From NCBI GenBank assembly GCA_040397215.1, contig JBBAWK010000001.1: a DNA stretch of 64,000 bases; one strand, given 5' to 3'. Position 1 is the stretch's first letter; each line of letters opens with the position of its first letter. This stretch comes from Candidatus Limnocylindrus sp. (lineage in GTDB: Bacteria; Chloroflexota; Limnocylindria; Limnocylindrales; Limnocylindraceae). The notes beneath the pieces were generated by a model that saw only the letters and a list, made by a program, of their open reading frames with translations, was not told the origin of the DNA and did no database searches. Below, piece by piece: positions 1 through 10,641 of this stretch. A program made the position numbers and the translations under genes.

Positions 1-321
1 GCTACGATCCTCGGCGAGTGGGGTGGCGTGCAGTTTGGTGCGCTCGGGAGCGACGTCATCTTCGCACTCGCCTACCTCATCGTGGTGGGAAGCCTCATTG
101 CCTACAACATCTATACCTGGCTGCTGCGCGTGGCGCCCTTCGGACTCGTCTCTACCTACGCCTACGTGAACCCAGTCGTCGCCGTACTCGCAGGCAGCTT
201 CATCTTGAGCGAGCCGATCTCGGCACAACTCATCGCCGGTGGTGCCGTGGTTGTTGCCGGGGTGGCGATCATGGTGACGGCACGAAATCGCGCGATCGCA
301 CGCGGGGCCGCGTCACACTGA
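1..321 (+). CDS. EamA/DMT-family transporter, C-terminal fragment (gene starts upstream of window)
   Basis: Frame-1 ORF is open from nt 1. C-terminal EamA-like hydrophobic repeat (AYLIVVGSLIAYNIYTWLL...). Stop TGA at 319-321. Confidence 0.55.
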   Translation, partial: ATILGEWGGVQFGALGSDVIFALAYLIVVGSLIAYNIYTWLLRVAPFGLVSTYAYVNPVVAVLAGSFILSEPISAQLIAGGAVVVAGVAIMVTARNRAIARGAASH

Positions 322-322
322 G

Positions 323-1590
323 ATGAGCGCAGGCGACGCGCCACTGCGCGTCTCAAGGGCGGCGGCTCGCCGCTTCCTCGCCGAACGCCACATGCTCCTC
401 CCGCCGCGCCAGCTCCCCGCCAGCAAGGGATCGGTGTTGGCGCTTGTTGAGCGGCTTGGCTCGCTACAGTTCGACCCAGTGGACCTTGCAGGCCGCAGCC
501 ATGAGATCGTCTGCCACGCCCGTATCGATGGGTTTGAGCCGCGCTGGGTCGATGAGCTCCTCTACGCCAAGGTGCCCGCCCACCGTGCCCTGGTGGAGCA
601 GTACAATGGTGTGCTGGTCATCGTGCCAACGAGTGAGCTCCCCTACTATCGTCGACCTGCCGACAAGCGCCGTGAGCGCTACTGGCGCGATGGCACGTAT
701 AAGCGACTCAAGCCCTGGGCCGACACCGTCATGGCGCGCATCAGCGCCGAGGGGCCGCTCAGCGCCGCCGACTTTGGCCCCTCAAAGTCCGTTGCCTGGT
801 CTTGGGGGCAAACTCCCGCCTATCGCGCCGCCCTCGAGATGCTGCAACTCGCTGGGTTGCTGCACCTCGCGCGCCGTGACGGATCGCGCCGCTGGTTCGA
901 CCTTGCCGAACGGCTGATCCCGCGCAACGTGCTGGAGCGCCGCGTTAGCGAAGAGGAGCAGATCGAACACACCTTCCTCGCACGACACCGCGACCTTGGC
1001 CTCGCCTCTGCCAACGGCGTCTGGGTGCAGACCGACTGGCCGCTGAAGCGCAAGGAGCTGGTGCGTCGACTCACTGAGCGTGGTGCGCTGCTTGAGATTG
1101 AGATTGACGGACTGCCAGGGCCGTGGCGTATTCCTGGTGGTGAACGCTTCGCCCTTGAGGCGGCGATGCGCGCAACGGCTGGCACGCGCCCAGTGGCCGC
1201 CGATCCGAACGCCGTCACGCTCCTCTCGCCGCTCGACCCGCTCATCCACGATCGGAAGCGCCTCGAGACGCTCTACAACTTCCACTACCGCTGGGAGATC
1301 TACACCCCCGAGAAGAGGCGAGTCTATGGCCCGTACGTGATGCCGATCCATGCGGGTGACGGGCTCGTCGGACGCATTCAGCTGCGACGTGTCAAGGAGA
1401 CAGGTGCGCTCGCCATTGATGGCCTCTGGTGGGAGCGGGGCGCAAAGCCCACGCGTCACATTGCCGGGTTGGCGAACGCCATTGCCGCGCACCAACGGTT
1501 GCTTGGGTCAACAGCGGGTCAGATGCCGAAGGAGATTGCCGATCGGAGTGACGGGCGTACCTTGTTCAGGGCGCTCCGCAAGATCGCCGG

Positions 1591-1594
<4 letters not shown>
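323..1594 (+). CDS. Winged-helix DNA-binding domain protein of the YcaQ/AlkZ-like family (putative crosslink-repair DNA glycosylase)
   Basis: 423 aa. N-terminal ARRFLAERHMLLPP...LALVERLGSLQFDPVDLAGRSHEIV is typical of the DUF1006/HTH_42 YcaQ family. ATG lies 2 nt after the upstream stop. Confidence 0.55.
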
Positions 1595-2304
<710 letters not shown>

Positions 2305-2317
2305 CGCCGTACTCCTC

Positions 2318-3340
2318 TCAGTGTCCCGCTGCGGCGCCGCGGCCGAGGTAGGCCTCGATCACCTTCGGGTTGGTGCGGATCTCTTTCGGTAGGCCCTCGG
2401 CAATCTTCTCGCCATGGTCGAGCACGGTGATGTGATCCGAGATCCCCATGACCACGCGCATGTCGTGCTCAATAAGCAGCACGGTGATGCCAAGCTCGTC
2501 GCGAATGCGGCGGATGAGTGCGGTCATCTCTTCGGTCTCTTTTGGATTCATGCCGGCCGCCGGCTCGTCAAGCAAGAGGAGCTTCGGTCGGCTGGCAATC
2601 GCGCGGGCAATCTCGAGCAGGCGCTGCTTGCCGTACGGCAGGTTGGCCGCCAACTCGTTCTCCATCCCAGCGAGGTCAACGAAGGCAAGGAGCTCACGGG
2701 CGCGCTGCTCAGCGGCTGCCTCCTCCTCGCGCACGCTTCGCGGGATAAAGAGTGCCCCAAGCAGGCTGCTGTGCAGGTGCACGTGCATGCCGATCAGGAT
2801 GTTCTCAAGCGTTGTCAGGCTCTTGTAGAGGCGAATGTTCTGGAAGGTGCGCGCAAGGCCAGCCACCACCATGTCGTTCGGTCGCGCAGGTCGCGTGACG
2901 CCGATGCGCTTGATGAGGCGGTTGTACCAGGCCGGGCGAACGATGTTCAGGAGCAGTGCGCCGACAAAGCCGAGGAGCGCTGCGGCAACAGAGGCAACCC
3001 CCTCGACGAGGCCTGTGTCGCCACCTACAACAAGGAGGGAGTAGATCGCGAGAGCAATAAATGGAATGGTTGGCAGGATGAGGAGGATCGGCTCTCGGCC
3101 AGACCCGGTCGGGGGCGAGATGAGCGGCTTCCCGTCGAGTTCGATGGTGCCCGATGTTGGCGCGTAGATGCCCGCAATGACGTTAAAGAATGTGGTCTTC
3201 CCCGCCCCGTTTGGCCCAATAATCGCGCTAATGGAGCCGCGGGGAATCTCAAAGTCAACGCCATTCACGGCAACAAGGCCACCAAACTTTCGCGTAACGC
3301 CGCGAGCCTTCAGCATTGGCCCACCCTTCGCTGTGTTCAC
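2318..3340 (-). CDS. livG: Branched-chain amino acid ABC transporter ATP-binding protein LivG carrying a ~83-aa hydrophobic insertion
   Basis: 340 aa. GPNGAGKTT, LPYGKQRLLEIARA, LLLDEP, IEHDM, NPKVIEAYLG. An extra segment sits between Walker A and the Q-loop (see findings). Confidence 0.85.
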   Translation of the reverse strand: MNTAKGGPMLKARGVTRKFGGLVAVNGVDFEIPRGSISAIIGPNGAGKTTFFNVIAGIYAPTSGTIELDGKPLISPPTGSGREPILLILPTIPFIALAIYSLLVVGGDTGLVEGVASVAAALLGFVGALLLNIVRPAWYNRLIKRIGVTRPARPNDMVVAGLARTFQNIRLYKSLTTLENILIGMHVHLHSSLLGALFIPRSVREEEAAAEQRARELLAFVDLAGMENELAANLPYGKQRLLEIARAIASRPKLLLLDEPAAGMNPKETEEMTALIRRIRDELGITVLLIEHDMRVVMGISDHITVLDHGEKIAEGLPKEIRTNPKVIEAYLGRGAAAGH

Positions 3341-4455
3341 TTGAGGCCTCGCTTCCCGATCTTCAGTGGGGCGAATTCGCGCATGCGTCGACGAACGGGG
3401 AAGATTCCCTGTGGGCGCTTGAGCATCATCAGCACCAGCACAATGCCGTAGAGCACGTACTGGAAATCCAAGAAGTTAATCTGGTTGAGCACTGGAATAT
3501 TGAAGTTTTCTACGAGGACATTTAGCTGCTTCAGCAGGATGCTCTGGAACAAATAGATGATGAAGGCACCTGTTGCTACGCCAATCGTGTTACCCATACC
3601 ACCAAGAACGACGGCGGCGAGGACACTAATGGAGACGGAAAACCGGAATTGTTCTGGTGTCACGATCGTGAGCTTCGCGACGCTTACGACGCCAATGATT
3701 CCAGCGATCGAAGCGCCAACGGCGAACGCCTGGAGCTTGGCGATCACGATATTCACTCCGGAAGACTCTGCGGCGAGCTCGTCTTCGCGAATAGCGTCCC
3801 AGGTGCGGCCAAGGCGCGAATCCTGAAGACGGAAGATCATGACCATGATCAACGTAAAGAGTGCAATGACCAGTCCGTACATTGGCCACGGGTTAATGAG
3901 GGTGAACTGTAAGAGCCCTGGAATGTTTGGCTTGTCGATGCCGCCGATCCCGTTCACACCATTCGTGAATCTGTCGGAGTTCTGCAAGGTGATCGGCACA
4001 ATCTCTCCAAAGCCGAGGGTCACAATCGCGAGGTAGTCACCACGAAGTCGTAACGTTGGAGCACCGAGCAATATTCCGAAGATCGCCCCAACCATGCCAC
4101 CGGCGAGCAACATTGGCCAGAACGGCAGATGAATGCCAGTGAATGGCGCCGCGACGAAGGCGTAGGTGTAGCCGCCGAGCGCAAAGAACGCTGCGTAGCC
4201 GAGATCGAGAAGTCCCGCGAATCCAATGACCACGTTGAGACCCATCGCCAACATGGCGTAAATTGCTGCGTTCGTGAAAGCATTCACCCACGCATTTGTT
4301 GATTGAATGCCGTCAAATGGCGGCACGCGCGTGATGAGCGGCAGGGCGATGCTTAACAGCAAGACCCCAACAAGGATGCCGAGGCTGCGGTGAAGGCGGA
4401 AATACGCACGTACCGGCGCGAATTGAGCGTTCAGCGCAGCGATTACCCCGCTCAT
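3337..4455 (-). CDS. livM: Branched-chain amino acid ABC transporter permease LivM
   Basis: 372 aa polytopic membrane protein, LivM-like (GLNVVIGFAGLLDLGYAAFFALGGY). Its stop overlaps the livG start. Confidence 0.85.
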   Translation of the reverse strand: MSGVIAALNAQFAPVRAYFRLHRSLGILVGVLLLSIALPLITRVPPFDGIQSTNAWVNAFTNAAIYAMLAMGLNVVIGFAGLLDLGYAAFFALGGYTYAFVAAPFTGIHLPFWPMLLAGGMVGAIFGILLGAPTLRLRGDYLAIVTLGFGEIVPITLQNSDRFTNGVNGIGGIDKPNIPGLLQFTLINPWPMYGLVIALFTLIMVMIFRLQDSRLGRTWDAIREDELAAESSGVNIVIAKLQAFAVGASIAGIIGVVSVAKLTIVTPEQFRFSVSISVLAAVVLGGMGNTIGVATGAFIIYLFQSILLKQLNVLVENFNIPVLNQINFLDFQYVLYGIVLVLMMLKRPQGIFPVRRRMREFAPLKIGKRGLK

Positions 4456-5513
4456 GCGCGGTCGCCCGTGTGCGAGCCGAGAAGGCCCGTTGGGCGGAAG
4501 ACCAAAAAGATGACGAGGAGCGAGAAGACGATTGCGCCGCCCCAGCGGCCATAGCCGAATGCCGCAGCACCAACCTCAACGAAGGCAATTAAGAATCCTC
4601 CGAGCGCCGCGCCTGCCGTGTTACCGATTCCGCCAAGAACGGCGGCGGTAAACGCCTTTAGGCCGGAGGCAAACCCGAGGCTAGAGTTGGTGTTGCCGTA
4701 GTAAAAGCCGTGGATCACCCCTGCTGCCCCAGCGAGACCAGAGCCGATCAGGAAGGTGATCATGATCGTGCGATTAATGTCAACGCCCATTAGCGATGAC
4801 GCGTCACGATCCATTGAGGTTGTGCGCATGGCGCGACCTGTGCGGGTTCGCGAGACGAAGATTTGCAACCCAGCCATAAGGATGATTGAGGTGGCGATCA
4901 CAAACAAATTGAGGAGTGGTATTCGAGCCCCCCCGACTTGGAATGCCCATTCAATCGGAACCAGCTGGGGCACTGTGATGATGGTTGAGCCAAAGAAGAA
5001 CTGGATAATATTTTGCAGGATAAAACTCACGCCAATTGCAGTAATCAACGGGGCAAGCTTGGGGGCACGTCGGAGCGGACGGTAGGCAAGTCGCTCAATC
5101 AGCGCGCCGACCAGCGCCATGCACCCAATTGTCAACGGAAACACCACAATCACGTTCAGTAGCAGGAGCGGTATGTCGCTAATGCCACCTGTGTTTCCGA
5201 GCAGACTTTTGCTAATAAACATGGCGACGAATGAGCCAACCATAAACACGTCACCGTGGGCGAAGTTGATGAGCTCAATAATGCCGTACACCATGGTGTA
5301 CCCGAGGGCCACAAGGGCATAAATGGCACCAAGGGTCATGGCGTTCACAAATTGGTCGATACCGAGAACCCCGAAGGCAAGGCTGAGGAAGATGAGGATG
5401 GTTGCCGGTAGACGGAGACTGCCTACGAGGCGGCTCGGGCTCGGGCTTGTCACGCTGGCTGCGGCCATGTTCCCTCCCCCTGCATTGGCAACCCGGATGG
5501 GCTGCAGACTCAT
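4452..5513 (-). CDS. livH: Branched-chain amino acid ABC transporter permease LivH
   Basis: 353 aa, LivH-like (TLGAIYALVALGYTMVYGIIELINFAHGD). Overlaps the livM start by 4 nt. Confidence 0.85.
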   Translation of the reverse strand: MSLQPIRVANAGGGNMAAASVTSPSPSRLVGSLRLPATILIFLSLAFGVLGIDQFVNAMTLGAIYALVALGYTMVYGIIELINFAHGDVFMVGSFVAMFISKSLLGNTGGISDIPLLLLNVIVVFPLTIGCMALVGALIERLAYRPLRRAPKLAPLITAIGVSFILQNIIQFFFGSTIITVPQLVPIEWAFQVGGARIPLLNLFVIATSIILMAGLQIFVSRTRTGRAMRTTSMDRDASSLMGVDINRTIMITFLIGSGLAGAAGVIHGFYYGNTNSSLGFASGLKAFTAAVLGGIGNTAGAALGGFLIAFVEVGAAAFGYGRWGGAIVFSLLVIFLVFRPTGLLGSHTGDRA

Positions 5514-5656
5514 TAGTTAGATAGTGCCGCCCAGCACGGGATTCGGCAAGAGGGTGCCAGCCGCCTCGCAATTTAAAGACCCCCACCACCCTTTCGGGTG
5601 ATGGGGGCCCTTACGGTGCCTAAAACAGGCGCGCGGGTCTCCCCACGCTCCTAGTT

Positions 5657-6853
5657 CTACTTGCCGTAGTCGATCTGCTTGACGAACTTCCAAGCACCAC
5701 CGTCAACCTTGTACAGGGAGATGATGTGCTGTGAAGTGTCTCCAACGTCGTCGAATGAAACTGGTCCGAGGACCGTCTCATACTTGGTACCTGGGTGAAT
5801 GATGGCTGAACGGACCGTCTCGCGGGTCACAGTGCCACCGGCGACGGCAGCCTTGATCCCCTCGATGATGATCTGTGCGCAGGCGTAGCCGGCGAAGGCA
5901 TAGCCCTCAGCATCGTGGCTGTACTCAGCCTTGAACTTCACGTTGAAGGCATCCTTGCCAGGAATGTTCTCGATTGCAGCCTGTGATGCGTAGCTGTTCT
6001 CAGCGTTCATACCAGCGGTTGCAATGTAGGAACCTTCACCGGCGCCGTCGTAGATGCCATCGCCGCCGTAGAACGGCAGCGCGCCAAGGCCCGCCTGGGC
6101 AAGGGCGTTACGGAAGAGTGGAGCGCCGTCTGACGTCACACCACCGTAGAAGATCGAGTCAGCGCCGGCTGCCTTTGCAGCCGCAGCTACAGCGGAGAAG
6201 TCGGTCTCGGTTGCGGCCTGGCCCTGATGGCCTACCACGGTGCCGCCGCCAGCGACGAACTCGTCATGGAAGGCATTCGCAATCCCCACGCCATAGGCGT
6301 CGGTGGAGTCAACGATGTAGACCTTCTTCGCGCCGTTCTCAAGAGCGTACACAGCAACGGCTGGACCCTGAAGGTCGTCCGTCGTCGCGAGGCGAATGTA
6401 GTTCACTGGTCGGCCGCCGCGGAGGGCTGCACCGGCATCACCCTTCGTGAGGTCTGGGTTCGTGTTTGATGGCGAGCACTGAAGAAGTCCGGCCTCTGAC
6501 GAGACAGGAATCTGTGCCAGAGCTACGGACGAGTTGAACGGGCCAACCACGGCGACAACTGTTTCGTCACCGACGAAGGTCAGCATGTCTGCAGCGCCCA
6601 GCTCTGGGTTCTTCTTGCCGTCGACAGCATGGTCAAGAACCTTCGACTTAAGGGTGTAGCCCTCAATCGTCGCTTCCTTGATTGCTAGGAGCGCGCCGTC
6701 ACGGGCCGGGCCCGCTGAGGCAAGTGAAGCACCGTTGAGCGGGAAGCTGATCCCGATCGTCAGCGTCTTGCCTCCGGTTGAACCACCGCATGCAGCTGCG
6801 AGAATCGCAACCGCTGCAAGGGCACTGAGACCCTTCTTGTTAAAGACCTTCAT
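5657..6853 (-). CDS. Branched-chain amino acid ABC transporter substrate-binding lipoprotein (LivJ/K-like)
   Basis: 398 aa. Signal peptide with lipobox LAAVAILAAAC. Type-I periplasmic binding-protein fold. First gene of the liv operon. Confidence 0.85.
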   Translation of the reverse strand: MKVFNKKGLSALAAVAILAAACGGSTGGKTLTIGISFPLNGASLASAGPARDGALLAIKEATIEGYTLKSKVLDHAVDGKKNPELGAADMLTFVGDETVVAVVGPFNSSVALAQIPVSSEAGLLQCSPSNTNPDLTKGDAGAALRGGRPVNYIRLATTDDLQGPAVAVYALENGAKKVYIVDSTDAYGVGIANAFHDEFVAGGGTVVGHQGQAATETDFSAVAAAAKAAGADSIFYGGVTSDGAPLFRNALAQAGLGALPFYGGDGIYDGAGEGSYIATAGMNAENSYASQAAIENIPGKDAFNVKFKAEYSHDAEGYAFAGYACAQIIIEGIKAAVAGGTVTRETVRSAIIHPGTKYETVLGPVSFDDVGDTSQHIISLYKVDGGAWKFVKQIDYGK

Positions 6854-7082
6854 GAGGTCCTCCTATCTACTATTCCCAACCGTTCCGGCTGGGCTCGCCT
6901 CTGTTTCGGACTACGTGATCACGTCTCATCTACCGAAGTAGATCTGACAGTGCGGCTGCGTCCGATGCAGTCGAGGAAGTTAATCATGAACGAGCACGCG
7001 CCTGTGTGCAACCTTTTCTGTGCGGCGCACTGTGCGGTGCCGTGCTCAGGAGGGGGAAGGTTAAGGAATCCGAATCTTTTGG

Positions 7083-7931
7083 CTAACGCCCTTCAGCGAT
7101 CAGAAGGGTTGCCCCTTCGGCAACCTCCAGGGCAATCTCGCCCGCCGCTAGGTGGGCGGTCGCCAAAGCCCCCAGCCGTAATCCGCCTGCAACTGTTGGG
7201 CCGGTTGCCGTGGCGGTGGCGCCTCGGGGGCCGATAGAGATGCTCCCCATCCATGGGCCCACAACGGCGCGGGCATAGAAGTGCGGCGATGCGACGAGGG
7301 TCTGCTCGCCTGCCAGCTGCCAATCGATCGCGGTGGTGCGCGTGGCCTGATGCTCCGCATCAGTCGCACGGATCGCCTCCTCGGAGTGAAGCGGCCGCGA
7401 CGGGTCGTTGCGCCCCCAGTCGGCGACACGATAGGTTCGGTCGGAGCGCTGCTGCACCTCCCAAATAAAGAGGCCGGGCATCAGCGCATGGAGGCAGCCG
7501 GTCGGCACGTCGAACACATCGCCGCGATGCGCAGTGTGCCGCGCCAGCAGTGGGGTGATGTCCCCGCCAGAGGCCAGCGCACTCGTGATGTTGGCACCGG
7601 TGACTGATGGAGAGCGCCCAAGCAGCAACTCGGCCCCAGGCGCAGCTTCAAGGACAACCCACGCCTCATGCTTGCCGATTGCATCGGGGCCGTGCATCAC
7701 CTTGGCCAAGGTGTCGTCGGGGTGCACCTGCACCGAGAGTCGGTCCTGCACGTCGAGCAACTTCACCAGCACGCCGCCAGGCTGTTCGTCGGCATCACCG
7801 AACCACGCCTCGCCAATTGGGCCACTCGGCGCCGCGTCGGGGGCGAGTGCTCGGAGTCGGTCACCACCCCACACGCGCCCAACGAGGCGGGGCGAGAGGA
7901 TGTGCGTGTCGCGCGGTGCAGACATTTTCAT
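7083..7931 (-). CDS. manA: Type I mannose-6-phosphate isomerase (cupin) family protein
   Basis: 282 aa. LSVQVHPDD and YRVADWGR motifs match class I PMI (LSIQVHP / RVYDW). Confidence 0.6.
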   Translation of the reverse strand: MKMSAPRDTHILSPRLVGRVWGGDRLRALAPDAAPSGPIGEAWFGDADEQPGGVLVKLLDVQDRLSVQVHPDDTLAKVMHGPDAIGKHEAWVVLEAAPGAELLLGRSPSVTGANITSALASGGDITPLLARHTAHRGDVFDVPTGCLHALMPGLFIWEVQQRSDRTYRVADWGRNDPSRPLHSEEAIRATDAEHQATRTTAIDWQLAGEQTLVASPHFYARAVVGPWMGSISIGPRGATATATGPTVAGGLRLGALATAHLAAGEIALEVAEGATLLIAEGR

Positions 7932-7981
7932 GGAGAGAGTCTAGGCGAGGGATCCCGCCTCGAAGGGGGTGATCGCGCCCT

Positions 7982-9205
7982 TCAGGCGAGCACGCTCGCG
8001 ACCGCCTTGGCCACGACGGGGATCTTTGCGGTGGAGAGGCCGGCCATATTGATACGACCACGGGCGACGAGGTAGACCGCGTGCTCGTCGCGGAGGCGCT
8101 TCAGCTGGTCGTCGGTGAGGCCAAGGAGCGAGAACATGCCGTGATGGTCAAGCAGGTACGAGAAGTCGCCTGCGCCAGCGGCGGTGAGCGCAGCGGCGAA
8201 GGCGGCACGACTATTTGCAATGCGGGTGCGCATGCCACTGACCTCGCCCTCCCACTGTGCGCGGAGGGTTGCATCGCCAAGGATGGTGGCCACGATGGCG
8301 CCGCCATGCGCCGGTGGGTTCGACCACATCGTGCGGACCGCCATGCGCGCATGTGATGCGATCGAGGCCGCTGCAGCACCATCGGCTCCAATGATTGCCA
8401 GGCTGCCGACGCGCTCGTTATAGAGGGCGAAGTTCTTGGAGGAGCTGCTGGCGACGAGCACCTCGCAGCCAGTCGCCAAGAAGGCGCGCAGCGATGCGGC
8501 ATCTTCAATCAGCCCTTCACCGAATCCCTGATACGCAAAGTCGAGGATCGGCAGGATGCCGCGATGGGCAATCTGGCCTGCGATCTCGCTCCACTGCTCG
8601 GGCGTTGGTTCGATCCCCGTTGGGTTGTGGCAGGCGCCGTGCAGGATCATCGCGTCGCCACCCTTTGCCGCAGCGATCGCATCGAAGAGTGCACTGGTGT
8701 TCAGCGATCGCGCATCGTCGGTGATCCAGTCGTGTCGTCGCGCCGTGATGCGCGATGACTCAATGATCTGCGTGTGGTTTGGCCAGGTTGGTTCGCCCAC
8801 CCAAATCTCCGCGCCGGGCCGAAGTCGCGAAACGAGGTCAACTGCAAGGCGCACTGCGCCGGTGCCGCCTGGCGTATGGATCATCTGCACGCGTTCGGTA
8901 GCGGCGGGCTCTATCTCTCCCCATGCCCCGCCTACGGTGCGGAAGAGGAGTGATTTGGCCGCCGCTAAAAAGGCGGGGTCACCACTAATCGGCATATAGA
9001 GCTTTGAGGTGGTTGAGGCGAGCAGGCGCTCTTCCGCAGCGCGGACGCTCGGCAGGATCGGGGTGACACCCTGCTCATCCATATAGACACCAGCGGCGAG
9101 GTTGATCTTGTGCGGGCGTGCGTCGGCACGGTGGAGCTCAACGATCCCGAAGATCGGATCGGTTGGCGCATCGCTGATTCGTGCAGAGAGGACTCCTTCA
9201 GACAT
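7982..9205 (-). CDS. aspC: Aspartate/aromatic amino acid aminotransferase (class I, AspC-like)
   Basis: 407 aa. KINLAAGVYMDEQGVTP; PLP-lysine motif SSSKNFALYNERVGSL (compare SFSKNFGLYGERVG). Confidence 0.85.
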   Translation of the reverse strand: MSEGVLSARISDAPTDPIFGIVELHRADARPHKINLAAGVYMDEQGVTPILPSVRAAEERLLASTTSKLYMPISGDPAFLAAAKSLLFRTVGGAWGEIEPAATERVQMIHTPGGTGAVRLAVDLVSRLRPGAEIWVGEPTWPNHTQIIESSRITARRHDWITDDARSLNTSALFDAIAAAKGGDAMILHGACHNPTGIEPTPEQWSEIAGQIAHRGILPILDFAYQGFGEGLIEDAASLRAFLATGCEVLVASSSSKNFALYNERVGSLAIIGADGAAAASIASHARMAVRTMWSNPPAHGGAIVATILGDATLRAQWEGEVSGMRTRIANSRAAFAAALTAAGAGDFSYLLDHHGMFSLLGLTDDQLKRLRDEHAVYLVARGRINMAGLSTAKIPVVAKAVASVLA

Positions 9206-9268
9206 GTTGCGAGTCTAGCCGCGCGACGCGGGCGGCGCGTTTCTGCCTACGGGCGTACGATCGCGCCG

Positions 9269-9541
9269 ATGAGCTTCTTTGACCTTGATCCGATCGGCTG
9301 GACCTTCGTCGGCCTTCTGGCCGGCGGGCTCTCCTCAATACTCGTTGGCGGCCGTGCCGCGCGGGGCTGCCTCCCGAACATTCTGGTTGGCATCCTCGGC
9401 GGCATCGTGGGTGGCACCCTCGCCAAGGGTGCGGGCTACGGCGACCCAGGCGGATTCACTGGATCGGTCTTCGTGGCGCTACTCGGATCGGTGATCTTGC
9501 GCCTGGCACTCGAATTCGTGGATCGGCGCCCGCGACGATGA
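9269..9541 (+). CDS. GlsB/YeaQ/YmgE-family (transglycosylase-associated) small membrane protein
   Basis: Internal ATG of ORF 9110..9541 gives a 90-aa Gly-rich protein with two TM segments (GILGGIVGGTLAKGAGYG). The longer N-terminus would overlap aspC on the antisense strand. Confidence 0.65.
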   Translation: MSFFDLDPIGWTFVGLLAGGLSSILVGGRAARGCLPNILVGILGGIVGGTLAKGAGYGDPGGFTGSVFVALLGSVILRLALEFVDRRPRR

Positions 9542-10641
9542 GTGACGAGAAGATCGTCGAGAAGCCGTTCAGCCCTGGCCTTGCCGGCGTCGTTGGCGCC
9601 GAGACGGCAGTCGGTTACGTCGACGGTGCCGCGGGTCGCCTTCTCTATCGCGGCTACCCCATTGAAGAGGTCGTCACCAAGGGGAACTACGCCAACGTCC
9701 TCGATCTCCTGCTCACTGGCGAGTGGCACCCGAACGCACAGCTTGCTCCCGAGAAGGTTCCTCCAGCCGTTCTCGCCGCACTTCGACTGCTCCCCGCCCA
9801 CGCCCATCCAATGGATGCACTGCGCACCGCCATCTCGGTCTGGGGCGCAGGTGAGCGACTCGGCTGGCCGCCAACCGCTGACGAGGCGAAGCGCATTGCC
9901 GCGTTTGCGCCATCGGCGCTCGCCGCATTTGCACGACTTCGACAAGGGCTCGAGCCCGTTGATCCGCAGCATGGACTTGGCATCGCGGCGGCGTTCTTAC
10001 AGCAGCTGCACGACAAGGAGCCCGAGCCGGCGACCGCCCGCGCGCTTGACGCCTACTTGATGGTGGGCGCGGAGCACGGTCTGAACGCCAGCACCTTCAC
10101 CGCGCGCGTGATCATTGCCACGCGATCAGACATTGCTTCGGCAATCTGCGGCGCCGTTGGCGCGATGAAGGGGCCGCTCCACGGCGGTGCACCCGCCGAG
10201 GTCATCGGCCAGCTCGGTGAGATCGGCTCCATAGATCGCGCCGAGGACTGGGCGCGCGGCAAGCTCTCCCGCAAGGAGTTGATCATGGGCTTCGGCCACC
10301 GCGTCTACCGCGCGTACGACCCGCGTGCCGCTGCGCTGCGCAAGGTTGCCGAGGCGATGCCAACGAGGCCAGCCTGGCTGGAGCTCGCCATCGGCGCCGA
10401 GGAGCAGATTCTCAAGGTCTTTGAAGAGATGAAGCCGGGCCGCGCGATGAAGACCAACGTTGAGTTCTACGCCGCCGCCGTGCTGCAGGGTGTTGGCCTT
10501 ATGCCTGATCTCTTCCCGGCAACATTCGCGCTGGCGCGCATCGCCGGTTGGTCAGCGCATGCGATCGAGCAGGCTGGCGTCGACAAGCTGATTCGCCCAG
10601 ACGCAAAGTACATCGGCCACGCGGAGCGACATCTTCCGTAA
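9538..10641 (+). CDS. Citrate synthase (short, ~370-aa type; could alternatively be 2-methylcitrate synthase)
   Basis: 367 aa. GFGHRVYRAYDPRA signature, LSRKELIMGFGH. Start overlaps the upstream stop as ATGA. Confidence 0.9.
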   Translation: MSDEKIVEKPFSPGLAGVVGAETAVGYVDGAAGRLLYRGYPIEEVVTKGNYANVLDLLLTGEWHPNAQLAPEKVPPAVLAALRLLPAHAHPMDALRTAISVWGAGERLGWPPTADEAKRIAAFAPSALAAFARLRQGLEPVDPQHGLGIAAAFLQQLHDKEPEPATARALDAYLMVGAEHGLNASTFTARVIIATRSDIASAICGAVGAMKGPLHGGAPAEVIGQLGEIGSIDRAEDWARGKLSRKELIMGFGHRVYRAYDPRAAALRKVAEAMPTRPAWLELAIGAEEQILKVFEEMKPGRAMKTNVEFYAAAVLQGVGLMPDLFPATFALARIAGWSAHAIEQAGVDKLIRPDAKYIGHAERHLP

